The translations under genes were made by a program, and so were the position numbers. From an uncultured Christensenellaceae bacterium (GTDB lineage: Bacteria > Bacillota > Clostridia > Christensenellales > CAG-314), in contig CAJUNH010000002.1 in NCBI GenBank assembly GCA_910587795.1, forward strand, positions 135,400 through 199,399: a DNA stretch of 64,000 nt. The letters are read 5' to 3'. This document shows, piece by piece, positions 37,020 to 44,644 of the stretch (positions within the stretch are counted from its first letter, which is position 1; each line of letters starts with the position of its first letter). A model generated the notes under the pieces. The model did not search any database. It was not told where the DNA came from and saw nothing but the letters and a program-made list of their open reading frames with translations.

Positions 37020-40000
37020 ATGAAAGATAACTATGAAATTATAAAAGATTGTTTGTCGGGTGCGGAGCCGTCTGCAAAAAACGGTTTTAACGCGGACAGC
37101 ACAAACGCCGCGGTAAATTTTTCGCAGGCGGAAACGGGCAGTAACCCGAGCGTAAACCTTGCGACAGGCAGGCTGCGCTACGTATTCGGCGACGTAAGCA
37201 TAGGTTACGGCAATTTTGCAATACAGGTAAACCACGTTTATACAAGCACGCGTAACAGTAATTTTAAAAATAAATTCAGCGAATTCGGCAATAACTGGAA
37301 GCTGAATTTATCGCAATGCGTTGTAAACGGCGGAGTAGACTTTTTATATATGGACGGGCAGGGCGACGTGCACCGCTTTGTAAAATTCGACGGCGACCGC
37401 TACTATGACGAATGCAACGCAAACCTTGTGCTGTCCGTAGAAAGTTCTGCTATTAATAAAATAAGGTACAACTACGTTATTACGGATAACGTAGGTAATA
37501 AAATGTATTTCGGCGAAAACGGCTTAATTATTGCAGCCCAAGACGGTCATAACGCGTCTATGATAAAATGTTTTGTATATAATGGAAATAATTTACTTAC
37601 CGAAGTATACGACGCACGAACAGAGAAAAAATGCATACGCTTTGAATACGACGGACAAAATAAATTAAAGTCCGCTTTTGCTTACAGCAACTACAGCAAA
37701 AAAGTTTCCGGTATAAAATACGAATACGACTCTAACGGTAATTTGCAGAAAGTATATAAAACGGCTTTTAACAAAGGCGCGGAGGAAGTTTTTTGCAGAG
37801 AAATGTACCGATTCGAGTACGGCTCGTACAGTAACCTAATCCAAATAGTCGACTTGCAAACAACCGAAGCTGTTGCAATAAAATATAACAACGAAAAAGC
37901 GGCGGAAAAAATCACGTCTGGCGTTTTAAAGCAGGATTGTATAGCGGTGGGTCAAAATCTGTATGCGGGCATGGCGGAGTGCGGTATGTTAGACAATCGG
38001 CAATTTATCCCTAAACACAGTCTAAGCTTTTTTTACACCAAAGGGAAAGACGGCACGGCGCAGGAAGTGCAAATTACAAACGAGGACGGAATAAAAATCG
38101 CCTACTTTTTAAATACGGCAGGTAAAATCGTCAGCTCGTTTGAAGTAACAGAAGCTAATATTTACAAAACGCTTAATAAGCAGGGCGCAAAACATTTACT
38201 AAATGCGTCGGGGCAAGCGCAAACGACAATAAACGGTTATAGTCCCCTCGCTTCAAGCGGCAGCAGCGTAAACGTTTCTGTTCCAAGCGGGTTCGATTTG
38301 GCAAATAACAAAGCAGAAAAAAAGTACAATTATTTTCAGTACTCGTTTTGGCTTAAACTTTTAAGCGACTGTCATCTGCCGCAAGCAATGGTGACATATA
38401 AATTTGAAAATAACGATCAGCAGCAGCAACAAGTTTACATAGACGGAAATGCACAAAACGTCTGGCAAAAAGTATCTCTTCCCGTAATTGTTCCAAATCT
38501 CGAAAACGATTCAAATACGGATAAAGAAAATAATCCCCAAACGGATAAACTTCAAGCCATTATAATCAGTCTGTTAAGCGAAGGCACGTTTAGTAATTGC
38601 GATTTTGAAATAATAGAAATCGGCTTTGAGCCCGCGCCTCTTACAACATCATTTTTAAGCGACAGCAAATTGTATGATGTAACGGAAGTAAGGCTGACGG
38701 TCAAAAACGGCAACGATCTTCAAACGCAAAAAAAAGTAATTAACCGAAATTTGTTTTTTACCGAAAACGATATTTTGGCAACGGCAAGCCGAAAGTTTAT
38801 GTTTCCCAACGGCGCGGACGGGTGTTTTGACGTAATATGCAATAACGGCACTAAGCGTATAGGCAGCGTAAAAACGATAGAGTTTAAAACGGACGGCGTA
38901 TTTTTCAGTCCGTATGTCCCCTATTATAGTTTTTTTACCGCGTTAAATACCGTCGTTCAACTGCAATACGGAAATAAAATAACATCTCTGTACGATTACA
39001 ATGATCAATGCGTTATTATGCAGACACAAGGCGTAAACGCCGAGGGTACAAGCAGTTTAATAGAAGTTTCCGTAGACAAGTACGGCAAAACACTGTACAA
39101 AAAGGACGAATACGGTGTAAAAACGCAGTACGGCTACAACTCTTTCGGCGCTTTAATCAGCGAAAAAGTAACCGATAAATCCTACGCGAAAAGGTCGGCA
39201 TTATATTACAGTTACGATAACGAAGGCAGGCTGTCCGCTAAACACAACGGTTTACGGGGCGAAACTTATCAGTATGACGACTACGATAAAATTTACAAAA
39301 TAACAGACTGCAAGGTTGTAAACGGCAAGCTGCAAGCAATGAAGCACAGCATACGCAAGTATTACGACATTTTTAACGATAAAACAACAAAGCAGTACGA
39401 AAACAACGGCAGCCGAGATCACGCCTGCACCGTTGCCGAATATCAAAACGGGCTTACCCGTACCGTAACGGACGGCGTGGCAAAGTACGGAGCAGTTCGC
39501 TATCCCGAACAGGACGAAGTACAGTACACAACTTTTTGGTTTGGCGAAGGCAAAGCGCAAACCGATACCGTTACCAAAAACAACGAGGGCGAAAAAACTT
39601 ACACAAGCAAATGCGGATTAAACCGAATAAGTAAAACCGTAGACGCGTACAACAGAGTAAAGCAAGTTTCAATGCAAGCCGTAAACGACGATTACGAAAG
39701 TACAGAAAATACTTTTACTTACCATTACGATAATTTAACCGAAAGTAAATTTGCAAGCAAACCTTATAAGCTTACAAACGGCATCACAGACGTTACGGAA
39801 TACTTTTACGACGGCAGCGGCAATCTTACGGGCTACATCCAAAAAGACGGCGATAAAACTTTAATGGAAGTACAGCAGCTTCCTTCGGGAGCTACAAAGT
39901 ATAAATACTCAAACCGGGACAAAATTTATGTTTCGGTAGAACACGACAGCGAAAAAACACTCAATCCGCGCGTACGTTCGATAAAATATTTGGAGGACTT

Positions 40001-41747
40001 TAACACAAACTTCGATAAACCCGAAGTTACTCCGTTGTTCCAAATAGACTATGCGGAAAATGAAATAAACGGACTGCCTACAAAAAAAACAGTGCGCCAC
40101 AAAACAAAAAAGGGTTCCGTCGAGGACTATTCCTACATAACCGTAAACGGAGTGACGCAGCTCGAAAAAAGTAATTACAGCGGAAAATGTTGGCAGGGCA
40201 AAAATGAAGGCAACGTCTGCGAAAGTAAATACGATATAACTTATCAGTACAACGACGTGGGCGAAATAACCCAGATAGTCCGCAGTGTGGATTGGAAAAT
40301 ATACGGCGGCGACAATTTGCAAGACAGTTACAAACGCAGCTATACTTATAAATACGAGTATAACGACCTGCATCAGCTTACAAAAGAACGGCTGGAATCG
40401 CACGGCGCAGACTATACCTACGATAAATACGGCAGGCTAAGCTCTGTAAACGGCAAACAGCTGCAATACGACAGCGCGTACAACCGTTTGGATATATTCG
40501 GCGATACACATTTTTTTTACGACGGCAGCGGCAACAGAACCAAGGAAATAACAACGGGACAGCAAATAAAACGTTATACTTATCTTTGCGGTTTGTTAAC
40601 CGAAACAAACAACGCCGTATACGGTTATAACCAAAACGGCGTGCGTAACAAAAAGGTTAGCGGCGGCATAACGACAAAATATATATTGGACGGCAATAAA
40701 ATCCTGTGCGAAGTACAAACCGGCGAGAAAATCAGTGATTTATATAATGATGACCAAAGGGTTGTTCAGTACTTTTACGATACAAACGGCATAGCATATA
40801 TAAAAATAAACGAAATCGTATACGAGGCAGTGCGCGACGCTTTGGGCAACGTTGTTATGCTGCTAGACTACGACAGCGGCGTTGTGGCGTGCTATTATCT
40901 TTACGACGCTTTGGGCAACTGCTACGTAAAAGACAGCAAAGGCGACAGCGACAATAATCCCAAATCCATAGGCAATACCAATCCGTTTAGATGGAAAGGT
41001 TTTTACTACGATACGGAAACGGGCTTTTACTACGCCAACGGCAGGTATTACGACCCCAAAGTAGGTCAGTACTTAAACGCGCCGCCGTTAAGCGACATAA
41101 TGCAAACCCCGTTCCGTCCCCGCATACTTGACAGGTACACTCCTATATGCAATAATTTAATAGAATTGGCGTATAACCCTGTTTCGGCATTTACCGTAAC
41201 GCAGCTGTTTGCCGACCTTAACTATGCGGACGACCAACAGCCGCTGTGGTATTTAATTTTAGGCGGCGCATTAGCCGTAGGTTCGTTTGTTCTAGCCGGA
41301 TTTACTGTTGGCTGGGGCAAAGCAATAGCAACCACGCTTATCGGCGGCGCTGTAGGAGCAGGCTTTGGTGTGTTAAGCGCACATATAACCGGCGGAGATA
41401 TTAAAACCGGCGCAATGTTTGGTATGTTATCCGGCATTATAGCAGGGAATACTGCTTCTTTCGGCGGATTGACGGTAGGCTTTATAGGCGGAGCTATTGC
41501 CGGCGGATATACGGAAATAGGCGGACAATTATTTCAATCCGGACAAGTAGTAGATTGGGATAAAGTTTACCAAAAAGCAATAGATTCAGGCTTTGTGAAC
41601 TTGATTTCAACTTATTTGGGTGCTATGACAGAAGATTTAAAAGGTTTTAAAAAGCTTTTAGCTGAATTTGTGTCGGATAGCATTACAAATGGAATATCTC
41701 TATTTATTGACTATATTAGGAGTTTAATACGTGAAACTTGGCATTAA
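37020..41747 (+). CDS. RHS/YD-repeat polymorphic toxin (~1575 aa)
   Basis: N-terminal SVNLATGRLRYVFGDVSIG. Many YD repeats (YSYDNEGRL, FYDGSGNLTG, YTYDKYGRL, YGYNQNGVR). Core end NPFRWKGFYYDTETGFYYANGRYYDPKVGQY, then a divergent 219-aa C-terminal domain. The ATG at 37020 has an AAGGA RBS; the track ORF from 36867 overlaps the upstream gene. Confidence 0.9.
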   Translation: MKDNYEIIKDCLSGAEPSAKNGFNADSTNAAVNFSQAETGSNPSVNLATGRLRYVFGDVSIGYGNFAIQVNHVYTSTRNSNFKNKFSEFGNNWKLNLSQCVVNGGVDFLYMDGQGDVHRFVKFDGDRYYDECNANLVLSVESSAINKIRYNYVITDNVGNKMYFGENGLIIAAQDGHNASMIKCFVYNGNNLLTEVYDARTEKKCIRFEYDGQNKLKSAFAYSNYSKKVSGIKYEYDSNGNLQKVYKTAFNKGAEEVFCREMYRFEYGSYSNLIQIVDLQTTEAVAIKYNNEKAAEKITSGVLKQDCIAVGQNLYAGMAECGMLDNRQFIPKHSLSFFYTKGKDGTAQEVQITNEDGIKIAYFLNTAGKIVSSFEVTEANIYKTLNKQGAKHLLNASGQAQTTINGYSPLASSGSSVNVSVPSGFDLANNKAEKKYNYFQYSFWLKLLSDCHLPQAMVTYKFENNDQQQQQVYIDGNAQNVWQKVSLPVIVPNLENDSNTDKENNPQTDKLQAIIISLLSEGTFSNCDFEIIEIGFEPAPLTTSFLSDSKLYDVTEVRLTVKNGNDLQTQKKVINRNLFFTENDILATASRKFMFPNGADGCFDVICNNGTKRIGSVKTIEFKTDGVFFSPYVPYYSFFTALNTVVQLQYGNKITSLYDYNDQCVIMQTQGVNAEGTSSLIEVSVDKYGKTLYKKDEYGVKTQYGYNSFGALISEKVTDKSYAKRSALYYSYDNEGRLSAKHNGLRGETYQYDDYDKIYKITDCKVVNGKLQAMKHSIRKYYDIFNDKTTKQYENNGSRDHACTVAEYQNGLTRTVTDGVAKYGAVRYPEQDEVQYTTFWFGEGKAQTDTVTKNNEGEKTYTSKCGLNRISKTVDAYNRVKQVSMQAVNDDYESTENTFTYHYDNLTESKFASKPYKLTNGITDVTEYFYDGSGNLTGYIQKDGDKTLMEVQQLPSGATKYKYSNRDKIYVSVEHDSEKTLNPRVRSIKYLEDFNTNFDKPEVTPLFQIDYAENEINGLPTKKTVRHKTKKGSVEDYSYITVNGVTQLEKSNYSGKCWQGKNEGNVCESKYDITYQYNDVGEITQIVRSVDWKIYGGDNLQDSYKRSYTYKYEYNDLHQLTKERLESHGADYTYDKYGRLSSVNGKQLQYDSAYNRLDIFGDTHFFYDGSGNRTKEITTGQQIKRYTYLCGLLTETNNAVYGYNQNGVRNKKVSGGITTKYILDGNKILCEVQTGEKISDLYNDDQRVVQYFYDTNGIAYIKINEIVYEAVRDALGNVVMLLDYDSGVVACYYLYDALGNCYVKDSKGDSDNNPKSIGNTNPFRWKGFYYDTETGFYYANGRYYDPKVGQYLNAPPLSDIMQTPFRPRILDRYTPICNNLIELAYNPVSAFTVTQLFADLNYADDQQPLWYLILGGALAVGSFVLAGFTVGWGKAIATTLIGGAVGAGFGVLSAHITGGDIKTGAMFGMLSGIIAGNTASFGGLTVGFIGGAIAGGYTEIGGQLFQSGQVVDWDKVYQKAIDSGFVNLISTYLGAMTEDLKGFKKLLAEFVSDSITNGISLFIDYIRSLIRETWH
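41693..41725 (+). repeat. toxin 3'-end/RBS segment that recurs before each immunity paralog (master copy)
   Basis: aatatctctatttattgactatattaggagttt. Compare with 42338-42368 and 42996-43026. Confidence 0.7.
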
Positions 41748-42249
41748 AAATAACGAGTTCATAACTTGCAATGTACCTTTTCTAGGATTAGTTTCGCTTT
41801 TTTCTATAACTTGGGCAATTAGTTTCGACCTTTCTGTACTCGCTATCGTGTTGTTATGTATTGGAGCGGGAAGCATAATTTTAACGGTTGTTACAAATAT
41901 ACCTAATATGCTAAACTATATATTGATTGACGATGAAACAATTACGCTTTATCGCCATAAAAAGCCTGTAAAACAAATAAATATAGCGGATATAAAATCT
42001 TTGGTGCTTTGTCAACATGTAGGTAGGGTACGACATAAAGCTAGTAAATACATAAATAAAATTACTTATGTCGTAATAAACGACGGAAATTTTTTAGAAA
42101 AACAATGGACGAAACGGGAACTACGCAAAAAAATATTGAGTGACAGCGAGGGGTGGATTGCAATAGAATATTCTGCTAATCGGTACGCCAAAATTAAACA
42201 ATTCCTTCCAAACTGTGAAGTTGAAACGTGTGCAATAACAAGAAAATAA
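41731..42249 (+). CDS. 2-TM membrane protein, putative cognate immunity protein (paralog 1 of 3)
   Basis: GTG start 8 nt after AGGAG, overlapping the RHS stop by 17 nt. Two N-terminal TM helices plus a ~100-aa soluble domain (ILIDDETITLYRHKKPV...WIAIEYS...LPNCE). Confidence 0.6.
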   Translation: MKLGIKNNEFITCNVPFLGLVSLFSITWAISFDLSVLAIVLLCIGAGSIILTVVTNIPNMLNYILIDDETITLYRHKKPVKQINIADIKSLVLCQHVGRVRHKASKYINKITYVVINDGNFLEKQWTKRELRKKILSDSEGWIAIEYSANRYAKIKQFLPNCEVETCAITRK

Positions 42250-42321
42250 ATTATTGTTCCATCAATCAATTTAACGATTATTCAACAACGCAGGGAAATG
42301 TATCCTTCTTACTTTAATAAT

Positions 42322-42330
42322 GGGGGGGGG
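42322..42330 (+). repeat. G9 homopolymer tract upstream of immunity paralog 2
   Basis: taatGGGGGGGGGtattgttaatatc. The flank resembles the G10 tract at 28937-28946. A TGtTAATAT extended -10-like element lies directly downstream. Confidence 0.85.
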
Positions 42331-42337
42331 TATTGTT

Positions 42338-42368
42338 AATATCTCTGCTAGTTGTATATAAGGAGTTT
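42338..42368 (+). repeat. relic of the toxin 3' end plus RBS
   Basis: aatatctctgctagttgtatataaggagttt aligns with 41693-41725. Confidence 0.65.
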
Positions 42369-42373
42369 AGCAC

Positions 42374-42898
42374 ATGAAAATCGGTTTTAATAATAACGAA
42401 GGAATAAATTTAAATGCGCTTTGTATATGCGCAATTGCACTTTACTTAATGGCAATGGCAATCGGCTTCAGATATACGGTATTCGCGATTATATTGTTAT
42501 GTTTTGCAGGGATAAGCATTATTTTTACCGTCATTAGAAACATACAAAATATACAGAATTATATTTTAATTAACAATGAAGCAATTACGTTATATCGTAG
42601 AAAAAAGCCTGTAAAACGAATAAATCTTGCAGACGTAAAGTCTATAGTACTTGTGCAATATATATTTAGTGGGCGAGGAGCATTTAATCCGGACAAATGT
42701 ATAAATACAAACACTTATATTGTATTAAACGATGGGGCTTTTTTTAAAAAAGAATGGACAAAGAGTAAATTTCGTAAAAGAGCATTAAGTGACAGCGAAG
42801 GGTGGATTGCAATAGAATTTTCTTTTAAACGCTATGCCGCCCTTACTAAGCTACTGCCAAACTGTGAAGAAGAAAAGTACACACTAACAGGTAAATAG
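42374..42898 (+). CDS. 2-TM membrane protein, immunity-like paralog 2 of 3
   Basis: By eye about half of positions are identical to paralog 1 over the full length (YILINNEAITLYRRKKPVKRINLADVKSIVL, SDSEGWIAIEFS, LLPNCE). AGGAG RBS. Confidence 0.6.
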   Translation: MKIGFNNNEGINLNALCICAIALYLMAMAIGFRYTVFAIILLCFAGISIIFTVIRNIQNIQNYILINNEAITLYRRKKPVKRINLADVKSIVLVQYIFSGRGAFNPDKCINTNTYIVLNDGAFFKKEWTKSKFRKRALSDSEGWIAIEFSFKRYAALTKLLPNCEEEKYTLTGK

Positions 42899-42995
42899 TT
42901 TTTAAGTAGTCAAAATTTTTAAAAATTGATTAACGGCGCAATGAAGTGTAACCTTCGCATTTTATAAATTACACGATTGATCGGGTAATTAGTTT

Positions 42996-43026
42996 AATAT
43001 CTTTGTTTTTGAGAATATTAGGAGTT
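42996..43026 (+). repeat. relic of the toxin 3' end plus RBS
   Basis: aatatctttgtttttgagaatattaggagtt aligns with 41693-41725. Confidence 0.6.
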
Positions 43027-43032
43027 CGATTT

Positions 43033-43581
43033 ATGAAGATGAAGATTGGCATCAATTATAACAAAACAATAAATGCTATAATGACTCCTATAGTGGGATT
43101 AATTATTATGTTTATTATAGGGTCTTTTCTTAAAGGTAAAGTTGTTCTCGCTATTGTATTGTTATCGATTGCAATGGGAATTATCATTTTTATTGCCATT
43201 AGAAATATTAAAAATGTGTTAAACTACATATTGATTGACGAAGAAGAAATCACGCTTTTTCGCCGTAACAAGCCTGTTATACGAATAAAACTAGCAGATA
43301 TAAAATCTTTAGTATTATGTCAACAAACGTTGCAGCGTAGAGGTCAATACCATCCTGATCAATTTTCCAACTCTAATTTGTTTATTTTAATCAATGACGG
43401 AACGTTTTTAAAAAAAAGTTGGACAATACGTAAATTGCGAAATAAGATGTTAGTTAACAGTGAAAAGTGGATTGCAATAGAATTTTCTTCTAACCGCTAT
43501 GCCGCTTTTAAACATTTACTTCCAAACTGTGAAATAGAAACGTGTACAATACGTGGATCAATAATTAGGATAGGAGATTAA
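43033..43581 (+). CDS. 2-TM membrane protein, immunity-like paralog 3 of 3
   Basis: MKMKIGINYNK... has the same architecture and motifs (YILIDEEEITLFRRNKPV, WIAIEFS, LLPNCEIETC). AGGAG RBS at 43019-43023. The track ORF starts 30 nt earlier. Confidence 0.6.
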   Translation: MKMKIGINYNKTINAIMTPIVGLIIMFIIGSFLKGKVVLAIVLLSIAMGIIIFIAIRNIKNVLNYILIDEEEITLFRRNKPVIRIKLADIKSLVLCQQTLQRRGQYHPDQFSNSNLFILINDGTFLKKSWTIRKLRNKMLVNSEKWIAIEFSSNRYAAFKHLLPNCEIETCTIRGSIIRIGD

Positions 43582-43611
43582 GATGTGAAGGAAATTAACA
43601 ACTAACTAACC

Positions 43612-43643
43612 GCGCAGAGGTTATATTCCTCTGCGCCGTTTTT
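43612..43643 (+). terminator. intrinsic terminator closing the RHS/immunity operon
   Basis: Perfect 9-bp GC-rich stem gcgcagagg / cctctgcgc with a 7-nt loop, followed by ttttt. Confidence 0.8.
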
Positions 43644-43655
43644 ATGTTGTTGTTT

Positions 43656-44417
43656 TTATAAAATAATCAGCGATACTACAAACGGAATAATAAGGTATAC
43701 GGCAAAGGCAATCCAACTTTTGGTTTTTACGGCGCGCATTACCATATAAATAGACACAAGTCCCGATACAAATGCGGCGAATACGCCTATTACGATACAG
43801 TACCAATCGGGTATAACCAACTCGGTAGTTGCCGCTTCGTATATTTCCGCTGCGGCGCCGGCAAGTATAACGGGGATAGACAGCAAAAAAGAAAACTCCG
43901 CCGCGTCGCTTGCGTTTATGCCGAACAGCTTCATTACGGATATCGTGCTTCCGCTGCGCGACAGCCCCGGAAAAACGGCAACACCTTGGGTTACGCCCGT
44001 AACTATTATCGGCAGCCAGCCCGATTCGTCCAGCCTTAGGCGCGGTTTAGACAAGTATTGCGACAGCACAATCAGCACAATCGTCAAAGCAAAGCCGACG
44101 GGCAGCAGCATTTGCATTAGGCTTTCGCTTACAAACAGTTTTACAAGCAATGCCAACGCAAACGTAGGGATACTTGCAATTACCAAAAACAGCAATTTGG
44201 GGTTGGACTTAGGGTGGCGCACAACGCTCCAAAGGTTCTGTCTAAATGCAATCGCCACCGCGGCAAGGGTGCCCAAATGTAACATCACGTCAAAAAACAG
44301 TCCCGCGCGTATGTCGAATAATTTTTCCGCAAGCATTAAATGCCCGCTGCTGGAAACGGGCAAAAACTCCGTAAATCCTTGTAGTAATCCTAAAAAAATA
44401 CTTTGCAGTACCGTCAT
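43656..44417 (-). CDS. uppP: undecaprenyl-diphosphate phosphatase
   Basis: N-terminal GLLQGFTEFLPVSSSGHL and PGLSRSGSTI motifs. Start taken at MTVLQS (44417). Confidence 0.9.
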   Translation of the reverse strand: MTVLQSIFLGLLQGFTEFLPVSSSGHLMLAEKLFDIRAGLFFDVMLHLGTLAAVAIAFRQNLWSVVRHPKSNPKLLFLVIASIPTFALALLVKLFVSESLMQMLLPVGFALTIVLIVLSQYLSKPRLRLDESGWLPIIVTGVTQGVAVFPGLSRSGSTISVMKLFGINASDAAEFSFLLSIPVILAGAAAEIYEAATTELVIPDWYCIVIGVFAAFVSGLVSIYMVMRAVKTKSWIAFAVYLIIPFVVSLIIL

Positions 44418-44644
44418 AATCCACCTTTTTGCCTTGCTATGTTTGCAAAAAAACGGCGTGCGCAGCAATAAATGCAAAGCGTCCGTTGTTTTAAGCCGTT
44501 AAAAATACGCGCGTAAGCAGGCTAAAATTTTCAAACCGAGGTAAATTCATTTACATTTGATAATAAATATAGTAGAATATCCCTGTATAAATGTTTGCAC
44601 ATATAATTGTACGCATTTTTGTATATTTTTAGACCGAGGTAGAT

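Noticed and set aside
36354-37235. 293-aa minus-strand ORF rich in SPLSPLSP repeats, antisense to the collagen-like gene
   Set aside because: It is the reverse-complement reading of the GGN-GAN-AAA collagen repeats. It has no RBS and spans the intergenic gap into the RHS start, so it is a mirror artefact of the plus-strand genes.
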